A DNA stretch of 63,729 nucleotides, the filler included, from Octopus bimaculoides (Eukaryota): NCBI RefSeq assembly GCF_001194135.2. It is 5 parts of 5 records of this genome, joined end to end, with 100 filler letters (N's around TTAATTAATTAA, not from the genome) between each part and the next. Parts side by side here need not be neighbours in the genome. Positions count along the whole stretch, not along the records: positions 40,381 to 55,514 come from NC_068982.1; 4 more parts are not named here. One strand, written 5' to 3'. Positions 40,458-52,003 of this stretch are shown one piece after another. Both the position numbers and the translations under genes were made by a program. Every line of letters begins with the position of its first letter. Position 1 is the stretch's first letter. The notes beneath the pieces were generated by a model that ran no database searches, was not told the origin of the DNA, and saw nothing but the letters and a program-made list of their open reading frames with translations.

Positions 40458-40789
40458 GGGAAGTTGCTTGTTATTGTTGGTCAAAGAGTGGCCATTCGTT
40501 TCGCACCTTTAAATCGCTTAGCCATAGAGACGATATATAACATGTCCAAAGTGCCGTACAATGAGATCGAACTTGAACCCACATGGCAGCCAGGTAAACT
40601 ACTTAACCACGCAACCATACCTGCAGCCACTTGGAATTTTATTCATTTGACTCACGTCCTATTAATGTCTTAACTTCCTATTCCACCTTTCCTAAAAGCA
40701 TCAGGTTGCATGTATTACTCGTTTACTAACATCGTGCTTTGCATACAGTATTTCTTGCTACCTTTTATAATGCCTCATACAATAAATAC

Positions 40790-41480
40790 TTAACTTTAAA
40801 CTTACCGGTTGTTTTTCGTGCAGATGGCTGTTGATTAACTTAATCTGCAAACAAGACTATTCTCCTAAGTCAACAATATCTACAACTTTGTACGTTTAAT
40901 GTGTGAGTCACATTTTCTACTTCCGCAAGTACAATGGAGGCCACATTCAAATGAGGAGGTCAGAATACTATCAAAATATACCGAGAATTGTTTCCCGTAT
41001 GTGACCGACAAAAAAGAAAAAAAAAAAAAACCAGCAAAACAATATTGATTTTAACATTCGCTCAAGGGCACGCTTTTAGAGGAAGATGCAGTCGTTTTAG
41101 CTGGATACTTAAGAAGTCCGTTTTGCAATGGAATGGTCCCGGATTCAGTTCCAATATATCACCGCAATGGATATATTGGATATATATCTTTTACTGTAAC
41201 TTACCTGTTGTTTTTCATGCTGATGGTTGATGAGTTACTTAATCTGACAACTATTTTATTTTTCTAGGCTAACAAAATGTACAACCTTGTACATTCAATT
41301 AATGATTTATTCATCTTTACTTTCGCAAGTATAATGGGGGCTAGGTTTCACTGATGAGGTCGGGATAATACCAAAATATATCCAGAGTTATCTCCCGTTT
41401 GTGCCCGATAAGCAGTTTTGAAACAGTATTGGTTTTTAACATTAGCTGAAGGACATGCGTTTTAGAGGAAAATGAAGTCG
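40790..41480. repeat. Diverged tandem duplication, period about 400 bp
   Basis: Collinear matches such as aacttaccggttgtttttcgtgcagatgg / aacttacctgttgtttttcatgctgatgg, cgcaagtacaatgg / cgcaagtataatgg, and ttttagaggaagatgcagtcg / ttttagaggaaaatgaagtcg. Confidence 0.9.
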
Positions 41481-41696
41481 ATTAGAGTGCAGCGTGGCCA
41501 AATGCTAAAGAAGTCAGATTCGGAATCGCGAGGTTTCGTATTCTTTCCCATCCCATGATATTTTGGACAAATGTCTGTTAGTGTAGCATAAAAGTCGAGT
41601 GAAATTGGGTTGACGGAAACTGTGGCAGTCTCTCGAATGGATTCTGTTTGTTATATAAAAGACCGGCCTTTTTACAGTGTATCACACTCGTTCTTC

Positions 41697-41802
41697 TTGA
41701 AAGGTATGACTTGAAAGTTATGACTTGAAAGGTATGACTTGAAAGGTCATACCTTGAAAGGTCTTGAAAGGTATGACTTGAAAGTTATGTGAAAGGTATG
41801 AC
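41697..41802. repeat. 14-bp minisatellite (TTGAAAGGTATGAC)n
   Basis: About 8 imperfect units. Confidence 0.92.
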
Positions 41803-42580
41803 TATAGAATAGTCAGTCACTTTACGCGCTAATTCAATGATCCAGAAGTTCATCGTCGAAATCGACGGAAATCCATTAAATCTTACTCAAGAAGAACGAA
41901 AGTAAACTTGAATTCAGTGAAATTTGAACCCAGAATGTATTTCCCAAACTAAAAATTGAATGATGAAAATATTACTCAGTGGCTTATACCCGGCGTATAA
42001 AAAATATTATCTATAATCCCAGATGAAACGAAGGAAGAAAACGATCCCATCTCCTTCAAACGAAAGCGGGACAAATTTCTTCAAGGAATACTATTAAGTT
42101 ACACACCGCCTGAGCCAATCTTTGGCCGAAACACAACTAAGTTATCTAAGTTATATATTATCACAATATTCAATATTAAAATAGTAGGTTCTTAGAGCTA
42201 AAAAGGAACTAGTCTAAGGGAAGTAACTCTACATGAAAATATCGCATCAAAATATATCACATAACTCTACATCAAAAGTATATATATATTTTTTTTTAAG
42301 CGTTTTAGCACATTATTGATTTATTTTTTTAATATCTCATTAAACAAAAATTCGGATTGCCAAGCATTGTTAATTTCAGTTGAAAATCTTAGGTTATGAT
42401 TATTGTGAAAATCAGAATAGAAATCATGCATTTTTGTAAAAAAAAAGTTAGAGTTACCTCCCTTGATATCTATTCTTGTAAGCATTTCTATATGTTTGTT
42501 AAAATCATGGACTTGCTGAGGGGGACTGTTTTCGTCGTAAACTAAAAAAATTCCAGTCGGGTATCAGTATAAAGTGTGTG

Positions 42581-42620
<40 letters not shown>

Positions 42621-43239
42621 GGTTGTTCAGATCCAAAATCCAATGAAATTGACAAAATCTGAATTGGGGAACAAAAGTTTGTAAAACGCAACATAGATAA
42701 ATGAAATATAAATAAATAAATGAACAAATAAATAATTAAATAATTAAATAAATACAAATAGGGATAAATCATCTCACTGAATTTCATATTATTTTATATC
42801 TATAAAAAGTTCTATATTTCAAAATATGCTAATTAGAATTATGTAAATGAGATTTACATCTAGTTTCATCTTTCACTTTGGCTTTTGCCTTTCAGGATTG
42901 CTACAGTAAACGTATGTGGACACTTAATACATATCTTCTAGGGCATATGTATCGTGTATGATAATACATACGCATGAATTTCCCGCCTACGTATACATAT
43001 ACACAGATACGCACATCAATCATCGCAACACACACATTCACTCACACTCACTCTATTTCTCTTTATCACTCTCTTTCTCTCTCTCACACACACGCGCACG
43101 CATGCATGCACACATACCACACACACGCGCGCTCACGCGTCCATTTCATATAGACGTACATACATCTTTCACTTTACTTTTCTGTTCTTTTCGCTTTCTC
43201 TTCTTTCAATTTCTGCTCTCGTGAAATAAATTTTTATGG

Positions 43240-44225
43240 AATGAGCAGAAGAAACACGGAAAAGACGTAATCTCTCCAGAAACAAGTATAAAGCAAGGAG
43301 GATTGTAGAAAACCGAAGGCAAGAGTCTGAAGAGTGATGAGATTTTCTCAAGATCAGCAAATGCATGTTGCAGTACTTAATGCTGGATCATTAAATCAAT
43401 GTTTTAATGATTAGACAGAGGTCCATTAGAATAGCTCTCAGAAACAGACTATGTGCAAATTCATTCTTCACAACTCCTGAAGCTGTTTTCAGATATGATC
43501 TATCCCATTCTTATGAAAATGATAACTCTATCTAAATTGGTGTGCTAAACATAAATTGTTGTTTCTGTAGAGCTTTAAAATTTTCAAATGAAACAAATGG
43601 TATGTGCTGCTCAGGCAGTCAGGTAACATTGCCAGCACTACCAGCTCCTTCTCAACCTCATATGAATCTTCTAGAAGGCACTTCTATCCAGTCAAAGGAT
43701 TTTCTGAACAATATCAAACAACACAACTCTGCATTTCAAATGACATCGTTTGGTGCATCTAAGAAGATAGATAAACATGAATTTATGTCAACGTCAAAGT
43801 TCAACGGCAAGTCTATTACCTCATTGGTTCCCTGTTACCCGCAAATGAACAACCACAGTCCTCTCCAAATTTACTTTATGAGTGATGTAGGACAATAAAC
43901 CCGACGGAAGTGTCAAAATTTCAGATGATGAATCGTGTTAGACACAGCGCCGACTGCTGCAAAAGGGAGTATATCCATTGACAGCTTTTCGGTGCGTTCA
44001 AAAATCACATAATCCCCACCTCCAATTTTCCATGACAAGTTAGGGCCTGAAATATGCCAAACAGACGCATAGCATGTTGCTTAGTCGAATTAGCCCAGCA
44101 TTTACTCCACAAATGTTTTGTTGTCAATGCTGCACTTTCCTATATCACGTGTTTCAACATAACTGTAATATATTATATATAAACTATGCCATTTTAATCC
44201 CGAGCAATGCCGGGTATCTCTACTA

Positions 44226-44226
<1 letters not shown>
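43240..44226 (+). mobile_element. Helitron remnant: N-terminal RepHel fragment plus canonical 3' terminus
   Basis: Translation gives RKRRNLSRNKYKARR…, AVFRYD…IGVLNINCCFCRALKFSNETNGMCCSG…FLNNIKQHNSAFQMTSFGA, then after a frameshift KVQRQVYYLIGSLLP…LQIYFM. The 3' hairpin cccgagcaatgccggg (44199-44214) is followed 8 nt later by CTAG|T. Confidence 0.9.
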
Positions 44227-44257
<31 letters not shown>

Positions 44258-44860
44258 CGTGGTAACACCTTGCCTGAGACAGACATAAACGAGTAGCTGC
44301 TGTAACATGTGTGGAGTGGAAGTTATTGATTGACGAACAATGATTCATATTGCTCAGAACAGAGATCAAGAGCAGCATAAGCACTCCAGGGTATAAGCCA
44401 CCGCCGAATGCTCCCGAAAGAAACTCATTCGTTATAATAGCGTTTGGAATTGCCGATCTCTGGTTTTCAATACCACCTCACAAACAGATGTTACTAAGCA
44501 CTTGTCTAATTTGTTCTTCCACATTCAATTACTTTCTAGTAATTACATACGACTGCAGGATACAGCTTTTTATTCTTGTATTTAGCGCCAGAATCTAATG
44601 AGACAGCCAGCATCATGCATGCTTGCGTATGAATAGTGCATGTCTATGAATTGAAACTAAGAAAGATTATGTTTTACAGATCTTTATCATTCCATTGATT
44701 TATTCAGTGTATAAAATGCAAGCGGGAACACCACCCCTAGAATTCCAAGAAGGGACACGCAACTCCCATCTCACTAACTAGCACTCACTATTTTCACCAT
44801 AGTGTTTAGGTATACTGCCTCCCACCTCACTCTACGACAAAAAAAAATTGAATTTTGGCA

Positions 44861-44921
<61 letters not shown>

Positions 44922-44996
44922 GCCGCGGTAATAATCTTGTCCCGTCTTGCCAAATTTATATGGGAAGACCTAGTTGCTAAGAAAGCGTAAATATAT

Positions 44997-45410
44997 AGGC
45001 GCAGGAGTGGCTGTGTGATAAGTAACTTGCTTACCAACCACGTGGTTCCAGGTTCAGTTCCACAGCGTGGCAACTTGGGCAAGTGTCTTTTGCTATAAGT
45101 TCAAAAAAGAAAAACGACAAAAAACAACAACAAAAAGAAAGCAACAACGCGAGGACGTGATACAGATTGTTACTGGACGCTCGGGAAAGGAAAGAAAGAG
45201 AATTTGACGTTTCGAGTGGAGCTCTTCGTCGGAAACATAGGAACGGACCAACCAAAGCCTTGTGAGTGGATTTGGTAGACGGAAACTGAAAGAAGCCTGT
45301 CGTGTGTGTGTCTGTCTGTCAGTCTGTGTCTGTGTTTGTCCTCCCACCATCGCTTCACAACCGATGTTGGTGTGTTTACTTCCCCCGTAATCTAGCGGTT
45401 CGCCATTATT
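44997..45410 (+). mobile_element. SINE type B interrupted by a Penelope-type terminal fragment (about 45098-45245, minus strand)
   Basis: The head and core match type B. The insert reads …tttccgacgaagagctccactcgaaacgtcaaa… on the minus strand. Confidence 0.85.
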
Positions 45411-45419
45411 ACTAGTTGG

Positions 45420-46130
45420 TTTTGGAGATTTGATTACGCTTTTTGAAGAACAATATTCTTTACAGTTTACAAGTTGTAGTTCAGCAAATTCTTCGACATC
45501 CTTATTCTCTTCGTCTATTCGTATATCACTGACCGAGTCGTTTGTTCCTAAATATTTCTGTTGCGATTTAGTTAAGCAGTTTGTGTTCTATTTATACATA
45601 GTATCAAGAAATATAATATGTCGATATTTCTTTGCCAGACGAGTTTCCCTCTTCTTAACTACATGTGATGTCATCCAAGCAATTGTTAGTCCCATATGTC
45701 AAGGTTGCAGTTTTTTTCTTTTAGGCAAATTTTCCAGCAAAACATGAGCTTCTTACATGACTTTTTATGCAGCTATCCCTGTTATTACATTTATTCCTAT
45801 TTCATTTTGGCGTTACTGTTTTTCAACTACATGCGTTGAAAATAACAACTATCGATGCTATAAATCCCATGTGGATTCCGTCACGTGTCTCCAACACTTT
45901 TTAATAAAATTGTCAGAAATTAACAGCAATACAAGAAAATAGTTATTGCTCATAAATACTCGAAAATCGATTTGTGACGCTTGTAATTGATTCATGACTG
46001 CTCGGTTAATTATAATTTGGTGAATCTTTAAATAACATTGTCTATGGGAATTGAAAACTTTGGCTAAGTTCCACTGCAGTTCATTTATCCATGATTGCTT
46101 AACATGCTGGTTCAAATGTCAGATTCTTCT
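45420..46130 (-). mobile_element. Possible Mutator-like (MULE) transposase remnant
   Basis: The minus strand gives GLTIAWMT…KKYRHIIFLDTMYK, resembling the MULE first-catalytic-D motif (xxFxDTTYKTN). One motif only. Confidence 0.3.
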
Positions 46131-46452
46131 TCAGAATTATTGTCAATATTTTTTCAGAAAGAACAGCAACTTTGGCGGTATGACTTTTTCTAAGTACACA
46201 ATCCTTTATCTGGAAATCTAAAATCTAAAATGTCCCAAAACCCGAACTGTTTTGGGAAGGGTGGAGTGCGTCATAAAAGGGGTCGTTTGGTGAGCAAACA
46301 GGTGACTACCGTGACCCGGCTTACTCAGGTATGACGTAGCAACGCTTGGCAGGTCGGTCTCCACTTACCGCCAAGCACTCGTAGAGAGAAGACGTCCGTT
46401 TGCTGTTTGTTGTCTTTTTTTTTTTTTTTTTTTTTTTTTTTTGTTTCCTGTG

Positions 46453-46842
46453 TGGAGGCGCAATGGTCCAGTGGTTAGCGCAGCGGACTCGCGGTCGTAG
46501 GATCGCGGTTTCGATTCCCAGGCCGGGCGTTGTGAGTGTTTATTGAGCGAAAACACCTAAAGCTCCACGAGGCTCCGGCAGGGGATGGTGGCAAACCCTG
46601 CTGTAATCTTCCACCACAACTTTCTCTCACTCTTACTTCCTGTTTCTGTTGTGCCTGTAATTCAAAGGGTCAGCCTTGTCACACTCTGTGTCACGCTGAA
46701 TATCCCCGAGAACTACGTTAAGGGTACACGTGTCTGTGGAGTGCTCAGCCACTTGCACGTTAATTTCATGAGCAGGCTGTTCCGTTGATCGTATCAACTG
46801 GAACCCTCGACGTCGTAAGCGACGGAGTGCCAACAACAACAA
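46453..46842 (+). mobile_element. tRNA-derived SINE, type C1, full length, with (CAA)n tail and 12-bp TSD
   Basis: A-box tggtccagtgg, B-box-like ggtttcgattccc, 3' end gacggagtgccaacaacaacaa; TSD ttgtttcctgtg / ttgtttcttgtg. Confidence 0.92.
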
Positions 46843-47447
46843 TTGTTTCTTGTGACTTTGTATATAATTTACCCTGAAAATATCCAAAAGAACTTCAGAT
46901 ACCCCCAACGGATAACAGTGAGAAAAAGAAAAGGAAACATTTATCATTATCAATAACGCAGAAAGTGAAGTCACCACAGAAACTGATCGTGGTGTGTCTG
47001 TGAGGCGGCTTACTGAAGAATATGAAAAAAATTCCTATAGACGATATGGTAAACATTTGTGATCAGTTAATAGCTGACCTTGAATATTGTGCATAATCTG
47101 TGAGCAGCAGATTATGGGAATTTACTCAATTAAAGCGACATTGCTTAACAGAAACTTATGCTAATGAGACGAATGACACTTGAAGAAGCCTTTAAAACTG
47201 CCCTCTCTCATAATGCTACTTCATCATTTGGGCATCCTGTTCTTGGCCATCATTGGAAGTTTGCTTGCAACCTGATGACAATGACGGACGCTGTTCTACA
47301 ATTTAACTGCAGCTACATATTTAACCTAGTTTGAACCAATTTATGGCTCTGGCATATAAATAAACTGCAATACCATTTGTAGTCTGTCTTTATTCAAATT
47401 AGTGTAAATACTTATTCGTCTCTCTACAGAAATATTATGGTAATGTG

Positions 47448-49428
47448 CGGAGCTGGGCGTAAGTCCGTTAATCCGTCATTCGTTAATGATTTAAATTTTA
47501 AGTTAACTTTGAAAATCATTTTCAGACTAATTAACTTCCGCTACATTTAGCTTGCGTTAACTCAAATCCGTTAACCCAAAAATTTCATAAAAACCGGTAA
47601 ACGTTTAAAAATTTCTATTGTTTTCAGATTGTCTTAGCATATTTAGTATTGTAACGCGTCATTCTTTCAACCCCGATATAACGCAACTTATTATTATAAA
47701 TAACTTGTAGGAACTCGTTTAGCCTTGCCTGGATTTGAAACCAAATCCACCTGCTTGTTGCTTGCAAAGACACCGGGAAATGTCTTTGTCCTGTCAAGAG
47801 GGAACAGTGATTGATGTGCTTTCATTTGATCCATGACCTCGCTGAGGTGGATGTCAACAGAGAAAATATTGACTTCCATAAAGTGGAAAAAATAAATGGA
47901 AGGAAAAATGTTGGTAAATATTTCGGTGTGAACGCAAATAGCTGTTACGTGGTAGCAGGGCATGCTAGAAATAGCAGCCAAATTTATCCTTTTCTGGAAA
48001 AAGAAGCCGTTTGTGCGTGATTTCGATGTCACATTCGTTGAAAGTATGCAAAATAACCTGGAAAAGAAAAAAAGACCCGCGAAACAAAACTCCCTTGGTG
48101 GGAAACTGTGGAAAACAATTATTCCACACCGAGGTACGAAATATTTACCGAAAGAATAAAATCTTGTACCGATTATACCTGTATTTTAATTAATTCAAAT
48201 TAATGTACCTCATCCTGAAAAGTGGCAAAACTTTTGTCGGTTGCCATCTGGGATAATTTTAGTAACATATCAAACAGGTAAGATGCATTAAGAATTTCAA
48301 TTTTAGTGTTTATCCATAATGTTACTGCTTTTACACCTGTTAATTAAATTTACCTGCCCATAAAAGTCAAATTTACTCAGCAAGATCAGTTAAAATTACA
48401 TAACTATAAACCAGTGGTATATAAGGCAACAATACAAGTTACAAGCAAATATTGTGGACACCTCTCTTGAACCTGAATAATTCAAAATAACGTGAACAAA
48501 TAAGCATTACATTTGACAGATTAATATGAACACTAAATATGTTTTAGGCGTTCTTTTTTTCTTACACACACACATAACACGGCCTCGCTCGGTTGGGACT
48601 ACAAATGTGTTATTTTGACATCATCATTCCATAAAATTTGTTTATGGGTCGAAAAATATCGAAAAATATCAATAGATGAGTGAGAAAGAAACGAGGAGAG
48701 AGGTTTGGGAATGTGCTAGAAACAACAGCCAGATCTCCCTTTAATCACACATTTTCCTCTGAAATTATTAATAATTTGTTTTTAAACTGAAAATGTTTCT
48801 CTTACGGGTTTTAAGTGCGTAGTGAAAAAAATAAAAAGAAAAAAATGGCCAAAATCGTTTTGGACTGAGGTGGTGGGAGTGAAAAAGTTTTCAAAATTTT
48901 TTTCTTTTTTTTGCGTGAAAAGGTGCCTTCCATCATTCTGAAGACTTTGGTGAAAAACATGGGAAAAAAATCTCCGCCAAAATGGTGAAATTCCAACTTA
49001 TGTGGACCGTCTGATCCAAAAGTCCGTTTTCCAGAAACTCCTCTCTCCACTCCCTTTCAAAAATTTTGCCTAAAAATTTCTTTGTAATCGTAATTTACAC
49101 CGTTTGAAAGGTATTTGTAGAGAATTTCATTAAAAAATACCAGAAAGTTATGAGGGGAAAATGTCAGGTCCTGTAAATTTTCCGAAACTCCCCAATCCCT
49201 CAGAAAATGTTTTTCCAGCAAATCTTTACAATCAGTCTACAGGATATAAGCGATTATTTGATGAAAGTTTCGTTAAAAAGTATCCATTTTTCTAGAAGTT
49301 ATTAGGCAACAAAGTTGTGGTTATGCCTTTTTCAATAACGTTAACGATTTAACGTTAACTTCCGTAAACTTTTCAAAGAATTAACGGATTAACGATTAAC
49401 GAAGTTCGATTACTGGCGCCCAACTCTG
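47448..49428. mobile_element. Non-autonomous hAT element with TIRs and a perfect 8-bp TSD
   Basis: TIRs cggagctgggcg and cgcccaactctg; TSD GTAATGTG at 47440-47447 and 49429-49436; CGTTAA/TTAACG subterminal repeats at both ends. Confidence 0.9.
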
Positions 49429-49824
49429 GTAATGTGTATATCTGTACTTGTGGATCATGTATGCGTGTTTTGAATTATCCCACTATATGTATTTTGTCAT
49501 TTGTGATCTTAATTATCTCACTATTTCATTTACCTTTATATTACCCTATAAATAAACTATAATATTTGTAATCTTTATTTTTCCTATTGATTGTGAGTAC
49601 GTATACATGTGCTTTTGCTACCGTAGTAGGACGTCTGTTTTGATATCTAGTTTATAATCTGGGGCAGCTGGCTTTTGTTCTGAAATCCGAAAAAAAATCC
49701 GAAATTCAGAGCACGACTATCCCCTAGGGTTCCGTATAAAGGATTGTGTACCTGTAGTATTACAGTTTTTAAGAGCAGCAGTTGAGTCAATTTTAGTGTA
49801 TAGACAGATAACCTAGCGCCCATT

Positions 49825-50060
49825 AAAAAAACTCTGAATGGCACGTACACCAGAATGCTCCGTGTTGTTCTATATATGTCACAGTGTCAACATATGACTG
49901 ACAAAGCTTTACAAGACATCCCATATATCACAAAGACAACATGAAAGCACAGTTTGAGATTTATTGATCACTATTTGCATAACAAGGGGAGTTAATAACT
50001 GGCAAGTTTCTCATGGGAAATGAAGAAGAGGTGACGCAAATGTATACTGGGTTTTCTGAA
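49825..50060 (+). mobile_element. RTE-group LINE fragment (post-RT region)
   Basis: KTLNGTYTRMLRVVL…QHMTDKALQDIPYITKT…LRFIDH matches the LDGxYTRMLR…QHxTN…LRFxGH motif. Confidence 0.65.
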
Positions 50061-50631
50061 AGGAGGATCGAACTAAACTTACATAATTGTAATGATTAGG
50101 GCAATGGTAATGTTTCAAATATTAAGGAAAAGAATAAAAGGGTTCGGTTTCGATAACAAAGGAAACCTCAAGGGCATTTTATATGCCAGGCGGACATCAT
50201 AGCCGGAACTTAGTGATCGGTAACAGCACCAAATTACAGAGAACCCACTTTATTTTATGGTACTGTCCACTATTTGAGTTTTGTTTTCTGTTATACAGCA
50301 CGCATTAAAAAAAAATCATGTTAGATGTCTTACTTAAAACCTTTATGCAAATTTGGGTGGAAATGAAAATTATGTGTCGAAGCTATTAAATACGTAATTG
50401 TATTTGTGAAGCTATTCATGAATTTTCAGAAATATCTGCTTCTCATTCTGTTATGCAACATGAAACAGAGACTCTTGCATCACAAATAGATAACAGTTTC
50501 CTGCAGATGTTTGGTAAGGGGTTTAGTCGGAGTGAATGTTGCCAGTAAAACTTCGCAAAGAACATCGGTGAAACTGTTGACCGCAGTTTCATTAATGAAT
50601 AGTGTCACTAACTATTTAATAGATTATTGTG

Positions 50632-50990
50632 CAGGCATGCCCCTGTAGTAAAAAAAGTTCGCTTTGCAACCACATGGTTTCGAGTTCAATTTCATTGTGT
50701 GGTAGCGTGGGCAAGTGTCTTCTATAGCATCGGGTCGATCAATGCCTTGTGAGTGAATTTGGTAGACGGAAACTGTATTGAAGCCCGTCGTACATATGTC
50801 TGTGTAGGAGGGGGTACCTGTGGTTGTGTTTGTCTCTCACACCGCTTGATAAACGGTATTGGTTTGTTTACGTCCTCGTAAGTTAGCCGTTTGGCTTAAA
50901 AAATGAATTTTGCATCGATCAGTTCGACTAAACTCTTCAAAGCGATGCCCCAGCATGGCCACAATCCAATGACTGGAACACGTAGAAGAA
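50632..50990 (+). mobile_element. SINE type B
   Basis: Head, ggtagacggaaactg core, and cccagcatggccac…gactggaac tail. Confidence 0.85.
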
Positions 50991-51539
50991 AAAAATATTT
51001 GAATATGAATGAGCATTATTATCGGCAAAAGTAACAGCTGCAGAATTAAATGTAAAACTCGTTCTTAAAAGTAACAAAAAAAAATAACCTTCGAAAACAA
51101 AAAGGAGAGAGAGAGAGAGAGGCAGACAGACAGAGAGATAGACAGAGAGACAGACAGAGAGACAGACAGAGACAGACAAAGACACAGACAGAGAGACAGA
51201 GTTTGAATGTAAGAGCACTGATGAGATTCCTCATACAGATGAACCAGATATACAGTACCGTCGCTAGAGAGAAGACGAAGGGGGCGGCCCGGCCCTGGTA
51301 ACGCTTTAATAAGAAAGGAACTTTTGGGATCTACAGTATAAGCCTATATAGTCTGTGAAGGCCCAGGGAAGAGCGGGGAGTAAATTCAAGGGTGGTAAAT
51401 TCACTGCAGAAAACAGATTTTAAAAAATTCACATTGTCGAAGGTTATACTTAATACAGCTATCAAGTTCTTTATCAGAGAGGTTGAACAATGTTACAATG
51501 TTACAGTGACATATAGGAGTATTAGATAACAAAATGTGA

Positions 51540-52003
51540 TGGCGCCTGGCTTAGTGGCTAGGGTATGCGGCTCACGATTGTAAGGTTGTGGGTTCAATTC
51601 TAGGTCACATGTTGTGTCCTTGAGCAACGTACTTTATTTCATTTTGCTGCAATCCACTCAGCTGGCAAAAATGAGTTCTGCTTGTGTTTCAAAGGGCCAG
51701 CCTTGTCACACTCTGTATCACGCTGGATATCCCTGACTGAGAAATACGTTGAAGGTACGCTTATCTTTGGAGTACTCGACCACTTGCTGAGAAGGCAATG
51801 AACTGGCAGAATCGCCAGCATGCCGGGCAAAATGCTCAGCAGCATTTCGTCTGTCTTTACGTTCTGAGTTCGAATTTCGCCGAGGTCAACTTTGGCTTTC
51901 ATCTTTGTCGGGGTCGATAAAATAAGCACCGCCCAAGCACTGATGTAATCGACTTGCTCCTTTGCTGGAATTGCTGGCCTTGTGTCAAAATTTGAAACCA
52001 ATA
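51540..52003 (+). mobile_element. SINE type C2 (51540-51787, 3'-truncated) followed by SINE type A (51793-52003)
   Basis: tRNA-like head plus gtccttgagcaa core and caaagggccagccttgtcac tail, then a type A head aaggcaatgaactggcagaatcg. Confidence 0.85.

Larger units (their letters stand above)
46191..49754 (+). mobile_element. Tigger/pogo (Jerky/TIGD-like) element, internally deleted, carrying nested insertions
   Basis: Inverted ends gtacacaatcctttatctggaa (46194) and ttccgtataaaggattgtgtacctg|ta. The transposase remnant at about 46885-47210 reads NSEKKKRKHLSLSITQKVK…DRGVSVRRLTEEY, then after a deletion KIPIDDMVNICDQLI…MRRMTLEEAFK. Confidence 0.85.

Noticed and set aside
41697-41802. CRISPR-like repeat array
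   Set aside because: The units are contiguous with no unique spacers, the context is eukaryotic, and there are no cas genes.
46453-46525. tRNA gene
   Set aside because: A and B boxes are present, but the cloverleaf is broken and it continues into a SINE body with a tail and TSD. The same applies to the other tRNA-like heads.
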